Positions 9,956-20,445 are shown, counted from the first letter of the stretch. The stretch: DNA of 64,000 bases from Deltaproteobacteria bacterium (GCA_034670305.1 JAXMNT010000018.1:32001-96000), one strand, 5' to 3'. Notes: generated by a model not told the origin, from the letters alone. Numbers and translations are program-made.

Positions 9956-11653
9956 ATGCGTGTAGCGAAGAGATGGGTTTTGCTTTCGGTCTTGGTGGCG
10001 TCGGTCGGCTGTGGTGAGTCGACGACGGTGGAAGACGGTGGAACGGGCGAAGACGGCGGAGGCGGCGTCGATGTCGGAACGGGCGTCGACACCGGCCCCG
10101 GCGTCGACACCGGCCCTGGCGTCGACAGCGGCATTCCACCCGAAGACGCGCCCGTCATGGACTGCGGCGCGCTAGGCGAGGTCTGTTGTCCAGACGGCTC
10201 GTGCGATGAAGGCGACTGCCTGGATGGTTTCTGCACGGCGCCTCCGATCTGCGGTGAGCTGGGTGGCGAGTGCTGTCCCGACGGCACGTGCGAAGACGGC
10301 CTCTGTACCGACGGCCTCTGCACCGCGTGTGGCGGCGCCGGTGAGACTTGTTGTGCGGGCGCATCGTGCGACGCAGGCGCGGCCTGTGCGGGCGGCACCT
10401 GTGTGACGTGTGGCGATCCCGGCGAAGAATGCTGCGCGAGCAACTCGTGCAATGGCGGCGGTTGCTGCGTCGAAGGCACGTGCACGGGCGAAGGCTCGAC
10501 CTGTCCCGGACTCGGCATGGAGTGCGCGGCCGGAAGCTGCGGCGATTGTGGCGGCGCCGGCGATGTGTGTTGCGACGACGGTCCGGGCCCGGGCTTCTGC
10601 ACCGCGTCCGGCGTCGACTGTGTCGGCGACACGTGCGTGAGCTGCGGCGACGCGGGCGAAGCGTGTTGCGATGGCGCGTGTGGCGACGGGCTGGCCTGCA
10701 ACGGCGGAACCTGCGTGACCTGTGGCGGCCCCGGCGAAGCATGCTGCGGCGGCGACTCGTGCGACGCAGGCTTCGCATGTGGCGGCGACGTGTGCCGCGC
10801 ATGCGGCGACGTGGGCGAAGTGTGCTGTCCTGGTTCGACCTGCGGCGACGGTTGCTGCGACGCGGCGTCGAACGTCTGTGTCGGGGTCGGCTCGGACTGC
10901 GGCCTCGGCGTCTGTGGCGACGACGGCGACTGCAGCATCTGTGGTCTCCCGGATCGCGCGTGTTGTCCCGGCGACGAGTGCAGCGGCGGCGCGTGCTGCG
11001 ACGGCGATGCGTGCACGCCTTCGGGCACCGAAGCGGGCGGCACCGGCATGGTCTGCATCGACGGCATGACCGAAGCTTGCGGCGGTGACGGAGAAGCCTG
11101 TTGTGGTGGTTCGGCGTGCGACGATGGCGGATGTTGCGTGAGCGGCACCTGCGTAGCGGAGGACGACGCCTGCGGCGGCAGCACGACATGCACCGCAGGC
11201 AGTTGCGGCAACATGGACTTCCGATGTGGCGCGGAAGGTGAGTTCTGCTGCCGCACCGGCGGTGGAAGCCCTGGCTTCTGCACCTCGGCCGACCTCGCAT
11301 GCACCGGTGGGGGCGGCGGACGCTGTCAGCCTTGCGGCGGCGACGGCGAAGCCTGTTGTCCCGGTCAGGCATGTGGCGATAGTGGCTGCTGCGTCGACGA
11401 CACCTGCGTGGAGGATGGCGGCGACTGCGGCGGCGACCTCGGCATGTGCACCGGCGGCGGCTGCCTCGACGGCGCGTGCGGACTCATCGGTGGTCCGTGC
11501 TGTCCCGACGGCGTGGGCTGCAGCGAGTCCTTCTCGGTCTGCGGCGGCGGCGTCTGTCAGCCCTGCGGGGGCAGCGGCGAGACCTGTTGCGGGTTCGACT
11601 GCAACACCCCGTTCAGCTGCAACTTCAGCGCGGGTGGCCGCGTCTGCCGGTGA
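9956..11653 (+). CDS. Cys/Gly-rich repeat lipoprotein
   Basis: GAGG RBS; lipobox VASVG/C; GVDTGP linker repeats; many CGxxGExCC...CxxGxC repeats. Confidence 0.85.
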   Translation: MRVAKRWVLLSVLVASVGCGESTTVEDGGTGEDGGGGVDVGTGVDTGPGVDTGPGVDSGIPPEDAPVMDCGALGEVCCPDGSCDEGDCLDGFCTAPPICGELGGECCPDGTCEDGLCTDGLCTACGGAGETCCAGASCDAGAACAGGTCVTCGDPGEECCASNSCNGGGCCVEGTCTGEGSTCPGLGMECAAGSCGDCGGAGDVCCDDGPGPGFCTASGVDCVGDTCVSCGDAGEACCDGACGDGLACNGGTCVTCGGPGEACCGGDSCDAGFACGGDVCRACGDVGEVCCPGSTCGDGCCDAASNVCVGVGSDCGLGVCGDDGDCSICGLPDRACCPGDECSGGACCDGDACTPSGTEAGGTGMVCIDGMTEACGGDGEACCGGSACDDGGCCVSGTCVAEDDACGGSTTCTAGSCGNMDFRCGAEGEFCCRTGGGSPGFCTSADLACTGGGGGRCQPCGGDGEACCPGQACGDSGCCVDDTCVEDGGDCGGDLGMCTGGGCLDGACGLIGGPCCPDGVGCSESFSVCGGGVCQPCGGSGETCCGFDCNTPFSCNFSAGGRVCR

Positions 11654-11681
11654 ACGTGCACCCCTGATCCGGACCTTCTGT

Positions 11682-11714
11682 GGTCGGAGGGGATGGGCGC
11701 ATCCCCCTCCGACC
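11682..11714. repeat. intergenic hairpin (REP-like)
   Basis: ggtcggaggggatg-ggcg-catccccctccgacc inverted repeat. Confidence 0.6.
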
Positions 11715-11761
11715 TGCGGGGCAGCCCTCCGGCCTCCTCCCCAACTTGTTCCGGATCGCGC

Positions 11762-11801
11762 AGAAGGGCTCTCCTCGATTCCGGGGAGGGCCCCTTCTTT
11801 T
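11762..11801 (+). terminator. intrinsic terminator
   Basis: agaagggctctcctcg...cggggagggccccttct stem followed by T run. Confidence 0.7.
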
Positions 11802-11908
11802 GGGGAGGCGAAGCGTCCGCAGCGTGGAAGGCCTTGGAAAACAGCTGCCCCGACGACCCGTTCGGATCACCCGAGTGGGGGTTCCCCAGCATGTAGTATT
11901 TCAGTATC

Positions 11909-13213
11909 ATGCCGCGTGTGAGAAGAATGCGCGGTGCCCTCGGGTTGCTCTTGTTCGTTGCTGTGACGGCGACGCTGTCTCCTCCGCAGGCCCGCGCCGA
12001 CCGAGGGCCCTACACGCTCCGGGTGGAAGGCGCGCTGGCGCTGATGCTCACCGACCCCCAGACCGATCGATTCGACCTGGGTGGAGGCGGCGCGCTCGGG
12101 TTCGAGTACCGGCTTCACGACTACGTGGGCGCGGAGGTGCGCTTCGGGATCTACGCGTTCCCGTCGACGCCGCTCGCTCCGACCATCGATGGCTTCGGAA
12201 GCTACTACGCGCCCGGGCTGGCGGTGCGAGCCCATCCGATCCCCGATCTCGACTTCGGCGATCTGTGGGTGTCGTTGGGCGCCAACTTGGTCGTCACCGG
12301 GAGCGAGACCCTGTTCGGCATCGAAGCGGGCGTGGGTTTCGACATCGACATCCTCTGGTGGCTGCGCGCCGGCCCCTTCGTCCGCTACGCACACGTATTC
12401 GAATCGGACGCCGCCAACGCGGGGTTCCTCCAGTTCGGCGTCTCGCTCGCGTTCCTCGGTGAAGAGCCCGCCGAGCCGGAGCCCGAACCGGAGCCCGAGC
12501 CGGAGCCGCAACCGCTCGACACCGACGCGGACGGGTTGCTCGACCCCGAGGATGGTTGTCCGACCGAACCCGAAGACCGGGACGAGTTCGAAGACGAAGA
12601 CGGATGTCCCGATCCCGACAACGACGGCGACGGGGTCCTCGACGGAGTGGACGCGTGTCCGATGGATGCGGAAGACGCGGATGGTTTCGAAGACACCGAT
12701 GGGTGTCCGGATCCAGACAACGACCAAGATGGTTTCCCCGACGGCGCCGATCGCTGTCCCGACCAAGCGGAAGTCGTCAACCAGTTCGAGGACGAAGACG
12801 GATGCCCCGATGAGCGACCGGCCGTCGACGTCGAGCTCGAGCGGCTGGCACACCAGCTCTACTTCCCCAACGATCGAGTTCGCCTGACCCAGCCCTCGCG
12901 CCGGGTGCTCCAACAGATGGTCGAGTTGCTGCGGACCCACCCCGAACTTCGACTCGTCCGGATCGAGGCGCACGCCTCCGAGACCGGGACTCCAGAGTAC
13001 AACCTCGACCTGAGCCGCCGTCGCGCGGAGCGGGTCGTGCGCGAGATGGTCTCGGCCGGAATCGCCGAGGAGCGCCTGCAGATCCAGGCCCTCGGGGACA
13101 CGCAGCCGGCCGTCGCCGGCGATCAAGAGGATGCCCACACACGAAACCGCCGGGTGGAGTTCGTGGTTGTGGAGCGAACGGCGCCAGCGCCGACAGAACC
13201 TGAGGTGGAGTGA
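11909..13213 (+). CDS. OmpA-family protein (beta-barrel, thrombospondin type-3-like repeats, OmpA C-terminal domain)
   Basis: signal peptide; EP linker; DxDGDGxxDxxDxCP repeats; YNLDLSRRRAERV...NRRVEF. Confidence 0.92.
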   Translation: MPRVRRMRGALGLLLFVAVTATLSPPQARADRGPYTLRVEGALALMLTDPQTDRFDLGGGGALGFEYRLHDYVGAEVRFGIYAFPSTPLAPTIDGFGSYYAPGLAVRAHPIPDLDFGDLWVSLGANLVVTGSETLFGIEAGVGFDIDILWWLRAGPFVRYAHVFESDAANAGFLQFGVSLAFLGEEPAEPEPEPEPEPEPQPLDTDADGLLDPEDGCPTEPEDRDEFEDEDGCPDPDNDGDGVLDGVDACPMDAEDADGFEDTDGCPDPDNDQDGFPDGADRCPDQAEVVNQFEDEDGCPDERPAVDVELERLAHQLYFPNDRVRLTQPSRRVLQQMVELLRTHPELRLVRIEAHASETGTPEYNLDLSRRRAERVVREMVSAGIAEERLQIQALGDTQPAVAGDQEDAHTRNRRVEFVVVERTAPAPTEPEVE

Positions 13214-15840
13214 TGGGTGGGAAGCAGTTGATCTCGGTGATGCGCGCGGGCGTGTTGCTTTCTTCGTGGTTGGTGATCGCGAGCTGCGGCTCGAAGATCA
13301 CCGTCGACAGCGACGCTGGGACGGACGGCGGGTGCGCCGTCGACTGCGACGACGGCCTCGACTGCACCCGGGATGAATGCGTGGGGGGCGCCTGCGTGAA
13401 CACCGCCGAAGACTCGGCGTGTGGCGGCGACGACATCGCGTGCACCACGGCCCGCTGCGATTCGTCGCTCGGCTGCGTGGTCGACCTCGACGACTCCCGC
13501 TGCGACGACGGCATCTCGTGCACCGCCGATGCATGCACCGAGGTCGGCTGTTCCCACACCCCGACCGTGGGCGCCTGCGACGATGGCATCGACTGCACCG
13601 ACGACCTCTGTGGTGAAGAGGGCTGCTTCGCGGTCCCGAACAACGCACTCTGCGGGGCCGGACAGATCTGTCGCGCCGACGCTGGGGGATGCACCGACCT
13701 CGTCGAGTGCGTCGCAGGGGACGACGCGCGTTGCGACGACGGTCAGCCCTGCACCACCGACCGCTGCAACGGCGATCTTGGGCGCTGCGAGAACGTGCCG
13801 GACGACACCGTTTGCAACGACGGCCTCTTCTGCAACGGCAACGAGATCTGCGTGGCGTTCCGTGGCTGCGTGCTCGACCGGGCGACGGCGTGCGACGACG
13901 GCGTCTTCTGCACGCTCGACCGCTGCAACGAGGACAGCGACAGCTGCGAACATTCGCCGGCCAACGTGCTCTGCAGCGACGACCTGTTCTGCAACGGGGC
14001 GGAGACCTGCGATCCCACGGCTGGCTGCACCACCGCCGCCGACCCCTGCGACGACGGCGACGTCTGCACCACCAACTCGTGCGACGAAACCACCAACATG
14101 TGCGCGAGCGGCCCGTTCGACGAAGACGGCGACGGCGATCCGCCCCTGAGCTGCGGCGGCACCGACTGCGCCGACGACAACCCGGACCTGGCCGGCACGC
14201 TGCCGGAAATCTGCGACGGCGACGACGACGACTGCGATACGCTCATCGACGAAGGTGTGCTGAGCTCCTGCGGCGACTGCGACCCCGGGTGCGTACGCGA
14301 GACACGGAGCGGCGCCGACTTCACGGGACCCGGCGCCAACGGCACCGAGTACGACCCGGCCGAAGGCGGACTCATCATCTCCACCGACGTCACCAACGCG
14401 GACTACCTGTGGATCGTCAACACCAACGAGAGCACGCTCGCCCGTTGGGACGCGGGCACGCAGCTCGAGGTCGCGCGCTACCGCGTGGGCAACCCCGCCG
14501 GCGAATGCCCCGGCATCTGCTGTCACAGCGGCCCGTGCAACATGGCGAGCCGCACCGTGGTCGACGGCAACGGCGACGCCTACGTGGCGAGCCGTGGGTT
14601 CAACATGGTCGGCTCGGTCACGAAGATCGCCGGGCACATCTCGGACTGCGTCGACCGCAACGACAACGGCATGATCGACACCTCCACCAGCACCACGCCG
14701 ATGGCGTATGGAGAGGACGAATGCGTGCTCTGGACGGCCGACGTCGGTCCTTCGAACACGCTCCTGCGCGCGCTCGCGATCGATGGCGGCGACGCGATGC
14801 ATCCCGAGGGGTACGTCTGGGTCGGCGGGTACAGCACCTCCGAGTTCTGGAAACTCGATCCGGACGACGGCTCGGTCCTGCTCAATGTCCCGACGCCTGG
14901 GGTCAACCCCTACGGTGCGGTCGTGATCGGGGACGGGCGGCTCTTCGTGGGTGTGCTCGGCAACGCCCAGACCGCGTACTTCGACACGACCGCGGCGGAT
15001 CCGGCCGCGACCTACACCCCCTTGCCGTGGCCCGCCTTCCGGGGTTGCTCACAGGCGTACGGCATCACGGCCGACGCCGATGGCCGGGTGTGGTTCGCCG
15101 GCTGGGGCTGTCAGGACGCCTTGGCGTACGACACGACGAGCGGGGAATGGAGTCGCTTCATCGGATTCGGCTCGACGGCCGGCCGAGGCATCACGGTCGA
15201 CTCGACCGGCCGGGTGTGGATGGCGATCACCGCCAACCCGTCGCGACTCGCGTGGTGGAACACCTCGGACTTCGTCGCGGGCGGGACGGTGACCGTGCCC
15301 CCTGCGCAGATCATCAACAACATGGTCGGTGACAGCGAACCGTCCGCGATCGGCGCCGACCAGAGCGGCCACATCTGGATGGCGCACACGGACACGACGA
15401 GCAGCCTCTACCGGTTCGATCCGGCGGACCTGAGCGTGCGGGAGACCTTCCCAGGCACGACGAACCGCGTGTACAGCTACACCGACTTCACGGGTGGTGT
15501 GTTCCGATCGATCATCGGAACGGGTTCGTTCGAGGAGGAGTGGGACGCGACCTGCGCCGCTCCGGTGTATGACGACCTCGAGTACGACGTCTCGACCCCC
15601 GGTGGGACGTCGGTCGAGTTCGTTCTCCGCACGGCGGACACCGCGGCGGGTCTCGACGCCGCGACGCCGGTGATCGCGGCGACGGTTCCGGCCGACGTGT
15701 CTCCCTTCGACATCAACGACGCGCTCGTGGGGGCCGGCGAGACGCCGGGTCAGTTCCTTCGACTCACCGTCCGCCTCAACGGCGACAGCGGGGAGACGCC
15801 GGTGCTGCGCGACTACACGATCACGTGGCGCTGCCCCTAG
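13213..15840 (+). CDS. Cys-rich lipoprotein: CTDC-type repeats, MopE-related metal-binding motif, beta-propeller
   Basis: TGATG coupling to ompA; lipobox IAS/C; CDDGxxCTxDxC repeats; DEDGDG..DCADDNP..EICDGDDDDCD; YGITADADGRVW blades. Confidence 0.85.
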   Translation: MGGKQLISVMRAGVLLSSWLVIASCGSKITVDSDAGTDGGCAVDCDDGLDCTRDECVGGACVNTAEDSACGGDDIACTTARCDSSLGCVVDLDDSRCDDGISCTADACTEVGCSHTPTVGACDDGIDCTDDLCGEEGCFAVPNNALCGAGQICRADAGGCTDLVECVAGDDARCDDGQPCTTDRCNGDLGRCENVPDDTVCNDGLFCNGNEICVAFRGCVLDRATACDDGVFCTLDRCNEDSDSCEHSPANVLCSDDLFCNGAETCDPTAGCTTAADPCDDGDVCTTNSCDETTNMCASGPFDEDGDGDPPLSCGGTDCADDNPDLAGTLPEICDGDDDDCDTLIDEGVLSSCGDCDPGCVRETRSGADFTGPGANGTEYDPAEGGLIISTDVTNADYLWIVNTNESTLARWDAGTQLEVARYRVGNPAGECPGICCHSGPCNMASRTVVDGNGDAYVASRGFNMVGSVTKIAGHISDCVDRNDNGMIDTSTSTTPMAYGEDECVLWTADVGPSNTLLRALAIDGGDAMHPEGYVWVGGYSTSEFWKLDPDDGSVLLNVPTPGVNPYGAVVIGDGRLFVGVLGNAQTAYFDTTAADPAATYTPLPWPAFRGCSQAYGITADADGRVWFAGWGCQDALAYDTTSGEWSRFIGFGSTAGRGITVDSTGRVWMAITANPSRLAWWNTSDFVAGGTVTVPPAQIINNMVGDSEPSAIGADQSGHIWMAHTDTTSSLYRFDPADLSVRETFPGTTNRVYSYTDFTGGVFRSIIGTGSFEEEWDATCAAPVYDDLEYDVSTPGGTSVEFVLRTADTAAGLDAATPVIAATVPADVSPFDINDALVGAGETPGQFLRLTVRLNGDSGETPVLRDYTITWRCP

Positions 15841-15861
15841 GGTCTTCGCATCGGACTCCGT

Positions 15862-15905
15862 AGAGAAGGGCTCTCCTCGATTTCGAGGAGGGCCCTTTCT
15901 CTTTT
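15862..15905 (+). terminator. intrinsic terminator
   Basis: agagaagggctctcctcga-tt-tcgaggagggccctttctct followed by ttt. Confidence 0.8.
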
Positions 15906-15989
15906 GAATACGTCACGAATCACCCAGTGAAACACGGGGCAACGCAAGTTGGGCGTCCAGGTTCGGCGCTGGCATGGAACGCCGACAAC

Positions 15990-16016
15990 GAATCAATCGA
16001 AGCCGCGGGTCGTCTA
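15990..16016 (+). promoter_or_regulatory. putative ECF sigma promoter
   Basis: GAATC-N16-CGTCTA upstream of the RBS gagga and ATG 16044. Confidence 0.35.
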
Positions 16017-16043
16017 CTCGAATGTACCCACCGAGGAGTTCTC

Positions 16044-16910
16044 ATGACCCCCCGCAACCTCAACGACATCCCCACCGTTTCCGATCCGACCGCCGACTCG
16101 GGCGTGTTCGACCTGGCCGCGCTCCACGCACAGGCGCGTGCGTTTGCGGAATCGAAGGACCCGTCCAAGTCGCTCGTCGTGTACGGCGTGGCGTCGCTGC
16201 ACGACGTCAACCCCGGCGCCCGACGACAGGCGCGCAAGACGCGCCGGAGCCAGGTCATGCCGCGGCTTGGCGCGGTGCTCTCGGCGCTCGTCGTGTGCAC
16301 GTCGGTGGCGTTCGCGCTTCACACCCGCGCGTCGATGGCCCCGGCCGATGCCGACCCGGTGCTGGGCCTGTCTGTGGACAAACGGATCGAACGCGCGGCA
16401 GCACCGGTCGTGGACGTCGCGCCAGAACCGGTCGCGGAGCCTGAGGTGGCGACGGTGACCGAGCCGGATGCCGAGCCGCCGGTCCGCCGGACGCGTCCGA
16501 CACCCCGAGCGACCACTCGACCCGCCGTGCGTGCGCCGGCACCTGCGCCCACCCCGGAGCTCGCCGACCGCTCGATCGAAGAACTGATGCGGCTCGCGGC
16601 CGGGCTTCCGGAAGTGCCCACCGCATCCTCGAACTCGCTCGAGGAGACACCGATGCGCACCTTGCGCCCGAGTCGCGAGCGCGTGGCCACGGCCTTCCGG
16701 AGCAAGACCACCGAAGTGCGGCGTTGCGGCGATGGCGGCGTGGCCACCGCCCGCGTGTTTCTCACCGGAAGCACCGGTCGAACCCGTTCGGTGCGCGTGA
16801 CCGGCGTCGATGCCGCGGTCGCCGCGTGTGTTGCGTCCGCGCTCGAAGACGTGCGCGTCGATCCCTTCCTCCAAGAACGGCTCGAAGTCACCTTCCCGTA
16901 CCGCCTGTAG
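16044..16910 (+). CDS. bitopic membrane protein with Pro-rich linker and AgmX/PglI (TonB_C-like) C-terminal domain
   Basis: RBS gaggag; DSGVFDLAAL motif; TM helix; VRRC...ACVASAL...PF..VTFPYRL. Confidence 0.7.
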   Translation: MTPRNLNDIPTVSDPTADSGVFDLAALHAQARAFAESKDPSKSLVVYGVASLHDVNPGARRQARKTRRSQVMPRLGAVLSALVVCTSVAFALHTRASMAPADADPVLGLSVDKRIERAAAPVVDVAPEPVAEPEVATVTEPDAEPPVRRTRPTPRATTRPAVRAPAPAPTPELADRSIEELMRLAAGLPEVPTASSNSLEETPMRTLRPSRERVATAFRSKTTEVRRCGDGGVATARVFLTGSTGRTRSVRVTGVDAAVAACVASALEDVRVDPFLQERLEVTFPYRL

Positions 16911-16932
16911 CAGGTCGCGTGAGCGACCTGCA

Positions 16933-16965
16933 CCCGTGCCCGTGCCCGTGCCCGTGCCCTTGCCC
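16933..16965. repeat. hexamer tandem repeat (CCCGTG/CCCTTG)n
   Basis: cccgtg x4 then cccttg ccc, between convergent genes. Confidence 0.75.
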
Positions 16966-17068
16966 TCGTTGGCTCCGACCAGTCACACGAGAGACCAAGA
17001 GGGGGCAAGGGCAAGGACGGGGCAAGAGTTTGAGCTCCAGAAAGCCTCCGGCGCGTAGGGGAGCGCGG

Positions 17069-18478
17069 TCAGCCGACCTCGGCGGGCCGCGCTTCCACGC
17101 GTTCGGCGTCCGCCAGCACGTCCGCATCCGGTGCGTCCGCCAGCACGTCCACCAGTGCGTCCGGCAGTGGCTCGACGACCGGCTCGCGCTGGAAGAGTCG
17201 ACCCCGCTCGGTGACCAGCACCACCAACGTACCGAGGACCCCGAGCGCGACGAACCCCCGCAGGAGCGGCACGGTGCTTCCGTCGAACGAGCGACCGATG
17301 AGGCCGCCCACCACGCCGGAGAAGGTCGTCGTCACGAACCCGTAGGCGGCCGACGCGGTGCCTGCGATGTGACCCAGCGGTTCCATCGCGAGCGAGTTGA
17401 AGTTCGCGCCGATCATCCCGAAGAACATGAACGAGAGTGAGAAGAGCGGGAAGAAGAGCCAGAGGTGTTCGCCGACCGTCTCCGTCAACACCAGCAGCAG
17501 CGTGCCGACCACCGTGAAGGCGAGGAGCGCGAAGTGCCCCATGCGGCGCATGCCAATGCGCTCGACGAGCCGGCTGTTGAGAAAGCTCGCGATCGACAAC
17601 GTGAACGCGATGCCGGCGAAGTAGAGCGCGAACGCGTCCCCCGTGTGAAACACCTCGCGAAAGATCTGCTCGGACGAAGAGATGAACGCGAAGAGGGAGC
17701 CGAACGCGAGCCCGCTTGCGAGCGTGTAGCCGCGGGAGGTCGGGTGCTGCCAGACGGCGAGGTACGAGCGCAGCGTGCCGCGCAGGGTCAGGCGGGCAGG
17801 CCGCGACGATGGGACGCCGGTCTCTCCATCCGCGGAAGCCTCTGCGACGCCCACGGAAAGCACTGGTTGTCGCTCGAGGGTCTCGCCGAGCCGGAAGAAG
17901 GTCCAGCCGAACACCGCGACGCCGGCGAACGCAAGCACCGCGAAACACCATTGCCAAGGCGCGATGAACAGGATGGCCTGGCCGAGCGAGGGCGCGACGA
18001 TCGGCACCACCATGAACACGGTGAGGACGAGCGACATGATGCGCGCCATGCCGACGCCCCGATACACATCGCGCACGATCGCGATCGCCACCACCCGGCA
18101 GCCCGCGGCGAACATGCCTTGCAAGAAGCGGAACGCGAGCAACGTCTCGAACTGATCCACGAAGGCGCACGCTGCGCCCGCGAGCGTGTAGCCCGCGAGC
18201 GCCGTGAAGATGACCGGACGGCGGCCATAACGATCCGAGATCGGGCCGAAGACGAGCTGCGGCGCGCCGAACCCCAAGATGTACGCGATCACGATCAGCT
18301 GGCGGTCGTTCGCGTTCGCGACGCCGAGGTCGCCTGCGATGGTGCCGAGCGCTGGCAACATGATGTCGATGGCCAGCGCATTGAGCGCCATCAACGACGC
18401 GACCACGAACACCAGCTCCATGGAGCCGACGCCTGCACGCTCGCGGGCGAGGTCTGCAGCTGCGGGTCGGACGTCCAC
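17069..18478 (-). CDS. Bcr/CflA-family multidrug MFS transporter
   Basis: ALAIDIMLPAL, GPISDRYGRRPV, AIVRDVY, PIVAPSLG motifs; many TM helices; start GTG 18478 or ATG 18421. Confidence 0.92.
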   Translation of the reverse strand: MDVRPAAADLARERAGVGSMELVFVVASLMALNALAIDIMLPALGTIAGDLGVANANDRQLIVIAYILGFGAPQLVFGPISDRYGRRPVIFTALAGYTLAGAACAFVDQFETLLAFRFLQGMFAAGCRVVAIAIVRDVYRGVGMARIMSLVLTVFMVVPIVAPSLGQAILFIAPWQWCFAVLAFAGVAVFGWTFFRLGETLERQPVLSVGVAEASADGETGVPSSRPARLTLRGTLRSYLAVWQHPTSRGYTLASGLAFGSLFAFISSSEQIFREVFHTGDAFALYFAGIAFTLSIASFLNSRLVERIGMRRMGHFALLAFTVVGTLLLVLTETVGEHLWLFFPLFSLSFMFFGMIGANFNSLAMEPLGHIAGTASAAYGFVTTTFSGVVGGLIGRSFDGSTVPLLRGFVALGVLGTLVVLVTERGRLFQREPVVEPLPDALVDVLADAPDADVLADAERVEARPAEVG

Positions 18479-18548
18479 GGAACGAACACATGTGGTCGAA
18501 CCGGCCCGCGCGCCACCCCACAGGCCCTCTCGGGGTAGAATCCCGGTC

Positions 18549-19619
18549 ATGAAGTCGTTTGACTCCGAGATCCCCACCTTCCCGGCCAAAGACGTGGCGG
18601 CCCTTCGGGTTCGAGACGAAGCCGCGTTGCGTGCGGCTCTGGCCGAGGTCGCGCCTCCGTTGAGCGACGCGATGCAGGCGGAGTTGATCGCGCTGGGTTT
18701 CGTCCACAAGGACGCCAAGGTCCGGAAGAAGGCCATGGCGCTCGTGAAGAAGCACGTGCCCGACCACGCCGACTTCAAGACCCACTACAAATCGATGGCG
18801 GGCCGGTACCAACACGTGGTGGCCGAGCGGGTCCGCGCGTTTCCCCACCGACTGCAAGTGTCGATCTCTCGCGCGATCTTCTTTCACCGCCGGATGGCCG
18901 GTTCGCTGGCCTTCGAGCACGACGCCAAGTTTCGCCAAGCGGTGCTCGCCGAGATGGTCGCCAAAGCCAAACGCGAGAAGGAGTCCTGCATCGAGCTCGG
19001 GCAGGTCTACTGGTACTGGAAGCAGCAGCATGGTTGGTCCACGAACTTCGACCACCACGCGCTCTCGCCGAAGCTCTTCGCGGAGCTCGCCAAGTTGCGC
19101 AAGGTCCACCCCTTCGACGGGATCAGCGTGCATGGCGGCTCGCTCAAGGATCTACCGAAGGAGCTGAAGAAAACCAAAGCCTGGCTCGAAGAACTGGACC
19201 TCACCTACAACCCCTTCGAGAGCGTGCCGAGCGTCGTGTTCGAACTCTCGAACCTCAAACGGCTCTCCCTGTGCGGGACCGACCTGACCGACATCTCCGA
19301 CGACATCTCCAAGCTGAAGAAGCTCCGGTCGCTCGACATCGGCAATGGCCGCAAGATGAAGGCGATCCCGGACTCCGTGTGTGCCCTCGACAAGCTCGAG
19401 CACCTCCGCATCGGCAACGGATCCATCCGGAAGATCCCGGAAGCCATCCGCGGCATGAAGTCCCTCCAGGTGTTCGAGATGTCGAGCACCAACATCCAAA
19501 AGGTCCCGGCGGGTCTGGGCGAGCTGCCGAAGCTGAAGAAGGTCGTGATGCACTTCTGCCGGCTCGACACCGCGGCGGTGAAGGCGGTCGTCGGCGGCAA
19601 GGTGCAGGTGGTCGGGTAG
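18549..19619 (+). CDS. leucine-rich repeat protein
   Basis: LEELDLTYNPFESVPSVVFELSNLKRLSL-type repeats; TAGAAT 7 nt before ATG. Confidence 0.85.
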   Translation: MKSFDSEIPTFPAKDVAALRVRDEAALRAALAEVAPPLSDAMQAELIALGFVHKDAKVRKKAMALVKKHVPDHADFKTHYKSMAGRYQHVVAERVRAFPHRLQVSISRAIFFHRRMAGSLAFEHDAKFRQAVLAEMVAKAKREKESCIELGQVYWYWKQQHGWSTNFDHHALSPKLFAELAKLRKVHPFDGISVHGGSLKDLPKELKKTKAWLEELDLTYNPFESVPSVVFELSNLKRLSLCGTDLTDISDDISKLKKLRSLDIGNGRKMKAIPDSVCALDKLEHLRIGNGSIRKIPEAIRGMKSLQVFEMSSTNIQKVPAGLGELPKLKKVVMHFCRLDTAAVKAVVGGKVQVVG

Positions 19620-19701
19620 CCGAACAACGGTGCCGACCGTCGCGGTCAATCCACGGGTCCGCCGTGGTTCGGCCCGGTCCCGGAACTGCTACGATGGCGC
19701 C

Positions 19702-20445
19702 GTGCGTGGTTCGATCATCGCCCTGCTTCTCGGAGCCGCAGCAGCTGGCTGCGCACCAGCGGACGACTCGGCCGGGCCATCGGGTGAACGGGTGGCCGGG
19801 CTCGCGATGGAGCGCACGCTCGTGTTCTCGAGCCGGGTGTGGACTGCGCCCGTTGGTGGCGACGCGCCGGCCCGCTACGCGGTGCAATGGCGGTACGCGG
19901 ACGGCCGGCTCGAGGACGTCGGCATCGGTCGACCCGTGGTCGCTGCGGTCGAGTTCGACGGCTCGGTGTACTTCGTCGACGGCTCGGAGACCCTCTTCCG
20001 GTTTTCCGAAGGCGAAACACTCGTGCACCGCGACGTGCTCGAAGCGCCCGCCCTCTCCGAGCAAGGCGACCGCCTCGCGTACGTCGTCCGGGACGAGACC
20101 GGACCGGAGAGCGTGCGCGCCGAAGTGCACCTGGTCCTCGATGGCCGCGACGTCGTCGTCGACCGCAGCTTGCAGAGCTTCGGCGCCGCGCGCTTCACCC
20201 CGGACGGCGCGGCGCTCCTCGGCGTCGGTGCCGGCGAGGGCGGCGTCGCAGGCGTGCACCGCATCGCGCTGGCCGTGGACGGCGACGCCGTTGGCGCGCG
20301 CTGCCTGAGCAATTGTGAGCTGCGGGTCGGCCGGCCGTGGACGAACTTCGTCGCCAACCCAGGCAGCGCCCAGGCGCTCCAGTTCGACGGAGACCAGGTC
20401 TCCTGGGACGCGCACGGCGAGCGCGCAGTGCGGAGCTGGCGATGA
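19702..20445 (+). CDS. hypothetical lipoprotein (TolB/propeller-like)
   Basis: lipobox AAAG/C; APALSEQGDRLAYV, ARFTPDG; TACGAT 6 nt before GTG. Confidence 0.7.
   Translation: MRGSIIALLLGAAAAGCAPADDSAGPSGERVAGLAMERTLVFSSRVWTAPVGGDAPARYAVQWRYADGRLEDVGIGRPVVAAVEFDGSVYFVDGSETLFRFSEGETLVHRDVLEAPALSEQGDRLAYVVRDETGPESVRAEVHLVLDGRDVVVDRSLQSFGAARFTPDGAALLGVGAGEGGVAGVHRIALAVDGDAVGARCLSNCELRVGRPWTNFVANPGSAQALQFDGDQVSWDAHGERAVRSWR

Noticed and set aside
11654-11908. Riboswitch or known ncRNA in the structured intergenic region
   Set aside because: Only generic hairpins and a terminator; no recognisable aptamer consensus
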